From NCBI GenBank assembly GCA_963826715.1, contig CAWGYA010000002.1, positions 64,001 to 128,000 of the forward strand: a stretch of 64,000 nucleotides of DNA, written 5' to 3'. The translations under genes and the position numbers were made by a program. How positions within the stretch are numbered: the first letter of the stretch is position 1; every line of letters begins with the position of its first letter. Origin of the DNA: Candidatus Bathyarchaeota archaeon. Lineage in GTDB: Archaea > Thermoproteota > Bathyarchaeia > Bathyarchaeales > Bathycorpusculaceae. The notes under the pieces are model-generated. The model was not told the origin of the DNA. It searched no databases and was given only the letters and a program-made list of their open reading frames with translations. Shown piece after piece: positions 20,393 through 29,378 of the stretch.

Positions 20393-20524
20393 TTGTCAAA
20401 GAAAGCTAAGAAAACAGAAGGTTTAGAAAAACATAAGCAACTCCTAAGAGAGAAAGAACAAAAACGAAAAGAAAGAAAGCAGGTCTCTCTGCCAGCAAAG
20501 CATGCTGCCAAGGGCAAAAAATAG
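20393..20524 (+). CDS. basic microprotein (43 aa)
   Basis: GAAGGA RBS, TTG start; MSKKAKKTEGLEKHKQLLREKEQKRKERKQVSLPAKHAAKGKK. Confidence 0.5.
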   Translation: MSKKAKKTEGLEKHKQLLREKEQKRKERKQVSLPAKHAAKGKK

Positions 20525-20580
20525 CTCTTATCTACACCCGAATATTTTATCCATTTTTTACGTTTTGCATCTCGAGTTAT

Positions 20581-22434
20581 TCAATAACGTTTTTGTTTGT
20601 TTAAGTAGAGAATAAACCCAATCGCAAAAATAGCCCCAAACACGATTAACCAAACCAACAATTGCGTCCACAAAGAAGATACCGGTAACTGTGCTACATT
20701 ACTTATTTTTAGTTCATCGATAGTGCACTCGGCATCGTGTCCAATGTAAGTTTCCGTTTGCCGCATTATCGCACCCGACGGATTAGACACGCCAGAAACT
20801 ATTTTGACTGATTGTTCCAGGTCATTAACATAGATGTGCATACCAGTGGTTAAACTTCGAGTGAATACTACATGGATCCATTGATTTAGAGGAATAACGG
20901 ATTGAATAGTGTCAATTTCGTTTAATCCTTCATTAGTTAGAACGTAACCGCGAAGACCGCCAATGGGTATACCACTGTCATTTTTGGGCATTTCTCCATT
21001 TATAGCAATACCAAAGGAGCGAGCGGGAAGAGCATCTGTACTTCGGACGCATTCAACCAAAATGTTATTGTATGGAATTTCCTTATATGCCTGCACATTC
21101 ACCCAAACATCAACTGAAGCTTCACCGGTGAGCTCAAGACTTGATGAAGCAGGTACACTTATGTATTGTCTTCCATCGAATGCCAAGGCGAAACCGAATT
21201 TGCCTTCAACAATTTTGGGTTCATAGGAGTTATCTCCAGAAATAGACCCTAAGATTGCTGGATTCCCACATGTAGAGTCTGTGCTTATTCCATTGGAGTC
21301 TACAGTATCAAAAGACCATGATGCCACCAACCCCTTGGATGCAACAGGAGGGGTAGATTTTGCGGTTGGAGCATTTAATTTAGAGTGGTTGAAGTTTTGG
21401 GTAAGCGGATAGTGATCTTGGGCACATTCATATACCAGATATGGCGTGTCGGCTATGCCCGAATTGCCCACTTCATTTGCATTAGGATATCTTGTGTGAT
21501 AATCACTCCAGAAGTTGCCGCCGATTTGTGCTCCGCCATCCCAGAATTCGACGGGTGAGGATTCATTGACGAAGACGCAATAGACATTGTTTTGAAAATT
21601 GTTATGGTAGAAGGTATTATCATGTGGAGCAGCTAATTGTGGCGTGATGTAAATAGCCCATTTATTTTCCACTATGTCATTAGCCGCAACAATGTTATTT
21701 GAGCCTGCCAGGAAGATACCAGATTCAATATTTTGAATGATTTTATTACCATACACAACCGAGTAGGATGAACCCAGCCCTAACCCTCTATAGTTATCCA
21801 CAAAGGTGTTTTCAACTACTGAATTCGAATACCCCTGCAGAGCTAATCCTGAAACAGCGTTTCCAACAAACTTGTTGTCGGAGATGTTGTTAAATGAACC
21901 ACCGTAGAAGCGCACTCCATCCTTTAAATTCAATTTTATAGAGTTGTTGCTGATTTGTAAATTAGACTGGATAGAGCAAAAAATGCCGATATAGTTGTCC
22001 TGTATAATGTTGTTTTGGATGAAGCAACGGTCACCGTGAATAATAATACCGATTGAAGTGTAAGCGGTGTCAGTGTAGTTTCGGCTTTGGATAGTAAAGC
22101 CCGATATTTTTGTGTTTTCAGCATTCACTGCAACAACAGGACTTGAACCTCGATCAAGGCTACCTTCACCAATAATAAGGGTGGTTTCTGGATTTTCGCC
22201 AATTATGACTAACGATTTGTTGACTTGGAGGTTTTCATGATAAACTCCGCTTTCTACCTTAATTGTGTCACCGTTAGAGGCAAAACTAATAGCCTGAGAA
22301 ATAGTTTTGTATTCAGCAGGAACAAATAACGTTTTAGAAGCAACACTTATTTGGAAATTGAACAGCCAAATAGCCGAGAGCAAAACTATCCCCAAAGCAA
22401 GAACTTTTTTAGCTTTTTGATTCACCCAAGTCAC
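20581..22434 (-). CDS. cell-surface protein with NosD/parallel beta-helix and LamG-like domains
   Basis: Signal peptide, YKTISQAI..GDTIKV..GVYHE, N-rich beta-helix repeats, GGNFWSDY, LVASWSFD...GKFGFAL...WIHVVF...IDELKI, C-terminal TM. Confidence 0.85.
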   Translation of the reverse strand: MTWVNQKAKKVLALGIVLLSAIWLFNFQISVASKTLFVPAEYKTISQAISFASNGDTIKVESGVYHENLQVNKSLVIIGENPETTLIIGEGSLDRGSSPVVAVNAENTKISGFTIQSRNYTDTAYTSIGIIIHGDRCFIQNNIIQDNYIGIFCSIQSNLQISNNSIKLNLKDGVRFYGGSFNNISDNKFVGNAVSGLALQGYSNSVVENTFVDNYRGLGLGSSYSVVYGNKIIQNIESGIFLAGSNNIVAANDIVENKWAIYITPQLAAPHDNTFYHNNFQNNVYCVFVNESSPVEFWDGGAQIGGNFWSDYHTRYPNANEVGNSGIADTPYLVYECAQDHYPLTQNFNHSKLNAPTAKSTPPVASKGLVASWSFDTVDSNGISTDSTCGNPAILGSISGDNSYEPKIVEGKFGFALAFDGRQYISVPASSSLELTGEASVDVWVNVQAYKEIPYNNILVECVRSTDALPARSFGIAINGEMPKNDSGIPIGGLRGYVLTNEGLNEIDTIQSVIPLNQWIHVVFTRSLTTGMHIYVNDLEQSVKIVSGVSNPSGAIMRQTETYIGHDAECTIDELKISNVAQLPVSSLWTQLLVWLIVFGAIFAIGFILYLNKQKRY

Positions 22435-22519
22435 CTACTGCACTAATTGCTTTGCTTAGATATTACTCTCCCCACGGAACAGGCTGTTCTCAGAGAAGAA
22501 CACTTATTGTGTTTAATTT

Positions 22520-22585
22520 GGGGTCTGTCATTTTGTCGAATTCTTCATCTTTCCCGATCAGACTGGGACGGCGACATCATCCCCC
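22520..22585 (-). ncRNA. box C/D sRNA, predicted guide for 23S Gm2251 (E. coli numbering); att target of the integrated element
   Basis: GGGGG-AUGAUGU(C)-CGCCGUCCCAGU(12-nt guide)-CUGA(D')-UCGGGAAAG-AUGAAGA(C')-AUUCGACAAAAUGA-CAGA(D)-CCCC; terminal G/C stem. Confidence 0.65.
22563..22585 (+). repeat. attL core (23-bp direct repeat)
   Basis: CTGGGACGGCGACATCATCCCCC identical to 27661-27683. Confidence 0.9.
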
Positions 22586-22643
22586 AACGATTGAAACACC
22601 GTCCCAGTGCTTTAGGGTTTTGGTAAGGGAAAGATGAAAATGA

Positions 22644-23588
22644 ATGAACCAAAAAATCGTCAAAGAACTCTTAAAGCAACTCCAAGAGGAAACCCAAGAC
22701 CCCCAAGACATAGGAAAACTCAACATCACAAACATAATCCTCTGGATGAAAAAACAAGCTTATGAACCAACAACTATTCAGCGAGTAGTTAAAGAACTAA
22801 AACATTTAGAGCGAAACTGTAACACATCCAAACCCGAAGAAGTGAAGCTATACATCGCAAATAAGGCTGTATCGAATGCAAGAAAGGAGAATCTCATAGA
22901 AGCTTACAACATAGCAATTCAATCGTTAGGATTAACATGGAATAAACCATTTTATCAACGCCAAGACAAAAAGCGCAGAGCACCGAAAGAAGAATTAGTC
23001 CAGTTTATCATAAATCACGTCAAGTTTCCATTGAATCTAAAATTAAAAATGAGTAGAGATTTAGGTTCAAGACCAATAGAGCTTACATGGCTAAAAGTCC
23101 AAGACATAGACCTAACCACAGGAAGGACAGACCTCACAGGTGCCAAGCACACAATCGGCAGAGAAGGCAAAATCAAACAAGACACCTTAGAACTGCTAAA
23201 AAGATACATCAAACGAGAGAATCTAAATCCGACAAGCATTGTATTTCCAACGAGTTCAGATGTTTTAAGCACCTGTTATAGGCATGCAAGAAACAGCCTT
23301 GCAGAAAAATACAGCATGCCTGAACTTAAACAAGTACAACTCTACGACTTCCGCAGACGAAAAGGCACCAGAGAATACAAGCTATCGAGTCATAATTTTT
23401 TACACGTTAAAAGAATCTTGGGACACAAAGACGCAAGAAGCACTGAGAAATATATAACCGAAGATGAACAAATCGAATGGATGCCAATAAAATGCACAAC
23501 TGACGAGGAAATACAGCAAGCAATCAAAGAAGACTGCGTCTTAGTATGCCAAGCGAACGGAATTACGTACTTTAAGAAGCCTGCATAG
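22644..23588 (+). CDS. tyrosine recombinase/integrase
   Basis: GSRPIE (R), GAK (K), LYDFRR, ILGH, TEKY (Tyr nucleophile). Confidence 0.9.
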   Translation: MNQKIVKELLKQLQEETQDPQDIGKLNITNIILWMKKQAYEPTTIQRVVKELKHLERNCNTSKPEEVKLYIANKAVSNARKENLIEAYNIAIQSLGLTWNKPFYQRQDKKRRAPKEELVQFIINHVKFPLNLKLKMSRDLGSRPIELTWLKVQDIDLTTGRTDLTGAKHTIGREGKIKQDTLELLKRYIKRENLNPTSIVFPTSSDVLSTCYRHARNSLAEKYSMPELKQVQLYDFRRRKGTREYKLSSHNFLHVKRILGHKDARSTEKYITEDEQIEWMPIKCTTDEEIQQAIKEDCVLVCQANGITYFKKPA

Positions 23589-24658
23589 CTAACTCTTCCT
23601 TTCAAAATCCTTGGCTTTTAATACGAACGAAAGCCAGTGGGATGAAAATTTTCTATAATTGATTACTTCCTTAGCCAAATCATGGATTGAAGATAATCCA
23701 CCGACAACTGATAAGGGAATATTCGAGAATGCTCCCATAAAAGCACTTAAAATAACGCCCTTTTTGCTCGGAGCAAATTCCCAAATCTCTTTCAACAAAT
23801 CTTGAGCAAAAACATCTTTTATATCAAAATCACCAGTTTTTAATTTTTGACTTAATTCTAAAACTTTCGTTCTAAAAGAAGTCAAAGCTTTGTCCTTTCT
23901 GAGTTTAATTATCTGTTCAAGAGATAATTCGGAAAAATCTGGAAAAATAGCGGTCTCAGCTAATTTTTCAAGCACCGAAAACTGTCTTCCTATCTGACTT
24001 TTCGTTTTAAGAGCAAGTAAATTTGAATAAATAGAGTCAACACCCACTGTTATGTCAGTCTTACTGGAAATTAATAGTGAATCATTAAGATTATTTAAGA
24101 AAGCGATTGCAGGCAAAGTACCAAGAGTTCTTTTAACAGTTTCAGCAAAATCGTTATCAGCCATATCTCTTTCAGTTCTAAAGGTTACCTGCTCATAGTG
24201 GTCACTAAATCGATTAATGTCCAAATATTCAATGAAATCAGGCTTACCAAACTTCCCCGACTCAATTTCCGACATTATATCTAATGTACGAAAATCTGCA
24301 ATGAAATAATCCGCTTTCTCGACTTTGTACTTGTGGGCATCAACAAAAAAACGCCCAAGATACGGGCTCTATGAGTAATAAACATGTCTTCGTTATTAAT
24401 TTGAACCCGTTGAATTTCATTGAGCACCTGTTCTTTAGTATTAAACTCACCCCAAGGAGTAAACCCCTGAAGAACGGCATCTTTGCCTTCCAATTTATAC
24501 GTTCCAGTTTCAAACATTACTTTATCATACAGGATGAGGCTTTGCTTGATACGTTTAGAAATGTCATTGTCACCCCAACGCTGAAATGACTTAATATTGG
24601 TTGATAATGGGAAGATTATACTCGACGTAACCATAGCTTTGTATTGAGTCGTTCTCAA
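23589..24658 (-). pseudogene. hypothetical cargo gene split by a -1 frameshift at a T7 run (ORFs 24281-24658 and 23589-24275)
   Basis: Adding one T to the run at 24345-24351 gives a continuous ...ILGVFFVDAHKYKVEKADYFIADFRTLDIMSEIES... frame. Confidence 0.65.
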
Positions 24659-24784
24659 TATAAGTAATGCCTTAATTGAATTGAAATAAAATAGACTTTG
24701 GTAAAAAATATGTCATCTTGTCTTCGCTCCCGCTTCGCGGGCGCTCCGCTTGACCCTTGCCGAATGTTGCGCAAGAGCCAAACG

Positions 24785-25108
24785 CTATTCGCATGAGTCA
24801 TCTATCTCTTCACCTTCCCAAAAATCACCTTCAGGAATAACGCCAATTTGTTTATGAGAGAGCACTTTGAACTCTCCTGCAACAAAATCGCAGATACTAA
24901 CAAGCTCAATATGCCCACCATATCTATGGTTCTCAAAAACACCCACGCTACGAACCCGAAGTTGTTTATTTGAGATTTTAGTGGCTTGAAATTCGATGAC
25001 ATGAGGCAATGAAAAAAGGTTTTCTTTCTCGATGAATTTGGTACAATCTTCACCAATGTCAATTTTCGCCCATAAGCGCTCAATTCGTCTTCTCTGTTGG
25101 CGTATCAT
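24785..25108 (-). CDS. hypothetical protein, translationally adjacent to rep
   Basis: ATG directly abuts the rep stop codon. Confidence 0.55.
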   Translation of the reverse strand: MIRQQRRRIERLWAKIDIGEDCTKFIEKENLFSLPHVIEFQATKISNKQLRVRSVGVFENHRYGGHIELVSICDFVAGEFKVLSHKQIGVIPEGDFWEGEEIDDSCE

Positions 25109-26116
25109 TTACCCGCAATCTCCTTTACATTTGCCTTCATGCGCTACTTCCCAAAGCGGTGTGCCGTCATCTGTAAACATACTTAGGATTTCGCCCCGTC
25201 GAGTAAGCAACAGCTTTTTTTCGCCTAAGTACCGCAGGTGAACAAGCTCAGAGTTGCAGATTGGGCACTTGCGCTGAATTCCAACGTCTTCTTCACCGTT
25301 GATAATCTCCATTTTTCTGTAAGAGTAAGCACCAAACCATGTTGTGGCATGTGATTTTTTGGAACCTCTGCGAACAGAGCAGTGATTTAACTGGTACCAG
25401 CAAGTGCCGCCGATAGTTTTTCGTTTGTCTAAAACCTTGACAATCCAGCCGTCTTTCTTGTTCTCTCTACGTGTAACGCCTTCAAAGCCTTTGCAGGCGT
25501 AGCAGTCGCCGCCTTTGCATTTTCTGCACATACCATACCCTTCGCCGCCGACAAAGCCAAGAATGTGGAAGTGAGGACTCCAACGCCACCCTACGGGAAT
25601 TCCTTTTATTCTTGATTCTTTTCGGTTAGCATAGCGAAAACCATGAAAAATCAGGGAGCCGCCGATTATGCCACGATTAGCCAAGAGCCGAACTACTTTT
25701 TTGCGCAACGTTTCAAGGTTTAAGCCATAATCTTCACTATGGACACTCGCAACAATATGTTCAACTGGCGAGCCCAAACGGTTAGACGCTACTTTTAGGC
25801 GTGCTTCCATTCGGTAAGCTTCACGAACCGCCCAACCATACTTGTAACAAACGGGGCAAGTGGGTTTATCACATGAATGATAGATAGGTTTGACAAAAAT
25901 GGCGTTTTCTATTAGGCTCTCATCAAAAAAACGTGCTTGATTATGTAGTTTGTAGTTTAAACACCCTATGTGTTTGTTAAATGTCCCGCATTTGTAACTT
26001 GTTTGTATTCCGTGACCAACTAGTTCATATTCGCCATAACTCCAGAAGTCATTGCGGAATTTTGAGGCTAAACTATCATAGAGGATTTGTATTTGTTGTG
26101 CCATTTTTTTCGCCAA
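25109..26116 (-). CDS. rolling-circle replication initiator, HUH endonuclease with Zn-binding motifs
   Basis: Motif 1-like HIVASV, FHGFR, motif 2 WSPHFHILGF, motif 3 YQLNH; several CxxC pairs. Confidence 0.75.
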   Translation of the reverse strand: MAKKMAQQIQILYDSLASKFRNDFWSYGEYELVGHGIQTSYKCGTFNKHIGCLNYKLHNQARFFDESLIENAIFVKPIYHSCDKPTCPVCYKYGWAVREAYRMEARLKVASNRLGSPVEHIVASVHSEDYGLNLETLRKKVVRLLANRGIIGGSLIFHGFRYANRKESRIKGIPVGWRWSPHFHILGFVGGEGYGMCRKCKGGDCYACKGFEGVTRRENKKDGWIVKVLDKRKTIGGTCWYQLNHCSVRRGSKKSHATTWFGAYSYRKMEIINGEEDVGIQRKCPICNSELVHLRYLGEKKLLLTRRGEILSMFTDDGTPLWEVAHEGKCKGDCG

Positions 26117-26178
26117 TCAGGGTAACGCTAACAATCTATATATGGTGGTATATAACATACCTTAGCTTGGGAAAACAT

Positions 26179-26781
26179 ATGGCGAGCAATAAATCAAAAG
26201 AATATATAGTAAAGACTTTAACCAAAAACGATACATTACCTTCACTACAAAAAGCGATTGTCACCTATATGGCTGATAACGAGCCTAAAACAATCCGTCA
26301 ATTATCAAAAGGTCTTTCAAAAGATTACTCAGCGACATACACTTCTTTTAAGAGTCTAGAGAAGAAAAAATTAGTATCGAAAACAACTGTAAAGCGTTAT
26401 CGTGAGCAAGATTTCGATTGTTACTGGTTGACCGATGAAGGTATGATAATGGCGTTAATGGAAGGTGCTGACGCTGACAAGTTACTTGCGCAAATAAAAA
26501 CTCTAAATCCTGATGCAGAAATTACCCATTGCTTCTTACAGGTAATCCCCTTGTTCGACCCTGTTATAGTGCGAACCGCTTATTCATACGTAAAAGGAAA
26601 AGGGACACTTGGATTTAGTGAAGTTGCACAGATTATTCTTTCAGGGACAGCAGAAGCTATGGATATAGAAACGGGAAAGAGAATTGCAACTATACTTAAG
26701 CAGTATCCAGAACAATATGCTAAATTGAAGTATGTTGTCCAAGAAATGATAAAGACACTTAGCCAGTTAATCGAAGAATAG
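26179..26781 (+). CDS. winged-helix DNA-binding protein divergent from rep
   Basis: Likely start ATG 26179; TIRQLSKGLSKDYSATYTSFKSLEKKKLV...YWLTDEG wHTH. Confidence 0.7.
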   Translation: MASNKSKEYIVKTLTKNDTLPSLQKAIVTYMADNEPKTIRQLSKGLSKDYSATYTSFKSLEKKKLVSKTTVKRYREQDFDCYWLTDEGMIMALMEGADADKLLAQIKTLNPDAEITHCFLQVIPLFDPVIVRTAYSYVKGKGTLGFSEVAQIILSGTAEAMDIETGKRIATILKQYPEQYAKLKYVVQEMIKTLSQLIEE

Positions 26782-26938
26782 CCAAAAAAGTGAACGGGTT
26801 CTTAGAGAGAAATCTGGATGCGAGCAACCACAAGGGTTGCCGCCGACTATACACCTAAATCCTTCCTCTGTCTAAGAGAATCAGGTTACTATTGAGGAAA
26901 ACACCTCAATAACCTGACACGAGTTCTCTTAATCGTGC

Positions 26939-27232
26939 TTAGAGTGGTCTTAGGTAGATAGCTAATTGATCTTTTGTTACATTAAGAGTTATTCCATTTT
27001 CTGTGCAGCATAAATCGCCTTTTTGTAACGCAGAAATTGCCAATGTGTTTCTTGGAAGATTGAACATCGCTGGAGTTGCGCCAAGGATTTCTTTACTAGC
27101 TTCCTTTGTTAACTCGATTTCAAGGTGCGTTATTTTCCACTCCTCTTTATCTATAACTATTTCTTTCACTTTTCCAACCACAAAACCGTTAGCTCCAGTT
27201 ACAATTTGGTCAACTAATTGATTAAATCTCAT
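26939..27232 (-). CDS. PRC-barrel domain protein
   Basis: LVDQIVTGANGFVVGKVKEIVIDKEEWKITHLEI. Confidence 0.75.
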   Translation of the reverse strand: MRFNQLVDQIVTGANGFVVGKVKEIVIDKEEWKITHLEIELTKEASKEILGATPAMFNLPRNTLAISALQKGDLCCTENGITLNVTKDQLAIYLRPL

Positions 27233-27585
27233 TTAAAATCAAATCCAACACATATATTACGATTGTTTTCTTATAAAGAGTTTGATAGCCAAGTTAAAAC
27301 AAACGTTTGTTTTTTTAATATTCAACAAAATCCCAAATGAGACAAAAATTTATGGAGGAAATGATTACGTAGATAATTTCGTCCGCAGTAATAATAGGAC
27401 TCCCCCATATCACAGTATTTCTAAGTGTGGCGGTCATAGCTAATGTCATAATGACTCCAAAGATCGCCTCAGACGAAAAACAGAACTACCCAAAATAAGC
27501 CTAGAGCCCCAAAAAACATCCTTATTATGTTAAGTAACGTAGAACAATTAAAATTTTGTAGCTCCCTCAGCAATACAACAAACAG

Positions 27586-27603
27586 CTAAAGGCTTATAAA
27601 TAG
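27586..27603 (+). promoter_or_regulatory. BRE-TATA promoter near the element right end, pointing at att
   Basis: CTAAAGGCTTATAAATAG about 60 bp before the att core. Confidence 0.5.
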
Positions 27604-27660
27604 AAACACACAATAAGACAAACCAGTAATTTAGTCTCAGAAAATTACTTTGCCCTAAGG

Positions 27661-27683
27661 CTGGGACGGCGACATCATCCCCC
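27661..27683 (+). repeat. right att core (23-bp direct repeat)
   Basis: Identical to 22563-22585; similarity extends imperfectly to CACCGTCCC. Confidence 0.9.
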
Positions 27684-28016
27684 GATGAATAACGCACCGT
27701 CCCCGACTAAAAAGCCTTGGGTTCAAGTCGTTAAGATCAATTATGCGATATTCATTTGACTCAATCTTTAGACAGATTTTGCTGAAAAATAGATGGTTTT
27801 GTAGATTCGACTGAAAAGAATGTGTCCCGCTCTGGGGCAATATCTCTGTTTAGTTGTTTTCACATGATCCAACCAATTTAAAAAATTCTAATTTTGGCAC
27901 TACTAAATCGTTCAAAGCAATAGCATTTTGCAAATAGTTTTGACATTTCGAAGGAAAAATTTGAAGTAATCAAGTTTAAGATTCACTTGCTTGCATGCTC
28001 GTTTCTCGAACCATTC

Positions 28017-28322
28017 CTAAGTACACTTGATGACCTTCTGTGAAAGCCAACAATGATCACACAATGGCTCATAAATTATGCAATAGTCTTCCTCTTTATT
28101 TTCGTAAAAAATTAAGCCTTTATCACCCAAAAAGACTCGTATCGTATCACTTACTCTGACGCCCCTCAAAATAATGTAAAAGCCACAGTCATCTTTGTCA
28201 ATTGAAATAAAAGATGGTTCTCCTAAACCTTTATGATCCAACGCTTTTAATATATTAACTGCTTTTAATCTATCCAAGCGTAAACCACCCAATAATCTAT
28301 CAGCTGATTCAATATATAACAT
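28017..28322 (-). CDS. hypothetical protein (likely TTG start at 28277)
   Basis: ORF with GGTGG RBS-like sequence before TTG-GAT-AGA. Confidence 0.45.
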   Translation of the reverse strand: MLYIESADRLLGGLRLDRLKAVNILKALDHKGLGEPSFISIDKDDCGFYIILRGVRVSDTIRVFLGDKGLIFYENKEEDYCIIYEPLCDHCWLSQKVIKCT

Positions 28323-28837
28323 TATGTATTAGATATCAAAACTACGTAAACCTAATTCATTTTGCTTGTGCTGATTAAGAAGAGCCAAATGATTTTCAAG
28401 ACTATACATAGAGTTTTTAATTCGCCCATAAGCCATCTTTAGAAATGAAGGTAATTTCTTTAGAACCCAAAAACCAAAACAAATATTAGTAAACGGACAA
28501 AAAGGACGGATTTTTGGTGACCTTTTTCTTTTTTGAAGTCGAAAAGATATAAATCGTAAACGCAAAACAAATCTTCTTAGTACTTTGATCCTTTGGAACG
28601 CAATAATATTGGGAAGAGCAGGTTGTTGCGTTAAGAAAGCCTAACAGTCAGCGTCCACCTTTTTTTGGTATTTGTGCTCAATCCGTCTTCTTGTTGTGGG
28701 CTCATGAGATAATAAAATTCAATTGTTCTTACCATTAGTGACTGCAAGCGAAACGTAAATGATTATGGTTAGAGCTCTAAAACCCATTAAAACCAAAAGA
28801 CGATATATAGAAAAACTTATAATCGGAACAAAAGCTT

Positions 28838-29293
28838 TTGACATCAAGTGAAAAAATGGACGTCGACCCTGGTTTAGTTATATTCGCAATATTAACAATC
28901 CTTTCTATCATTATCGCTTTAACTATCGCAAAAAAATTTAGCAAAAAACCGCACAAAACACTCACAAATTTGATAGCCGCCAATATTGTTTTAGACATTA
29001 CAGCAATAGCGATTTGGGCTCTATTTCCCGGCATTCGATGGACGGTTTATAATTTGGATTTCGTGATTGTAAGCATAGAAGCAGCTGTTGCATCAGGACT
29101 GTTTGCTATTACACTATATGGGTTAATGAAAACAAAAAGATGGGCTCCAATTTTAGCAATTATACTCACCATTAGCCAACGAGCGTTTGCTAATTATGTG
29201 TTCTTTTTATCAATCATGAACTCAATCACTATAGTTTGGAGTTTGTTAATTATCTATTTTGCTTATTTGGAGATAAAACATTCCAGCACTTAA
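28838..29293 (+). CDS. integral membrane protein
   Basis: About 5 hydrophobic segments. Confidence 0.65.
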   Translation: MTSSEKMDVDPGLVIFAILTILSIIIALTIAKKFSKKPHKTLTNLIAANIVLDITAIAIWALFPGIRWTVYNLDFVIVSIEAAVASGLFAITLYGLMKTKRWAPILAIILTISQRAFANYVFFLSIMNSITIVWSLLIIYFAYLEIKHSST

Positions 29294-29378
29294 TGTCGTT
29301 TAAATTATATTGTGTTAACCAAGGATGGGCTAAACTCTTTAGGGAGAAAAATAACTTTGAGATAGGTTAGACCCAAGA

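Larger units (their letters stand above)
22563..27683. mobile_element. integrated rolling-circle plasmid-like element (about 5.1 kb)
   Basis: 23-bp direct repeats enclose a tyrosine integrase, HUH Rep, wHTH regulator and cargo; no recognisable capsid gene. Confidence 0.85.

Noticed and set aside
22563-22643. SSV1-type split integrase, or a fluoride riboswitch reading of GGGGAUGAUGUCGCC
   Set aside because: An in-frame TGA directly precedes the int ATG, so att is outside the gene. The riboswitch P1 mismatches and its downstream pseudoknot motif is absent; the C/D architecture fits better.
25981-26178. N-terminal extension of the 266-aa ORF
   Set aside because: Overlaps rep antisense; the real start is probably ATG 26179
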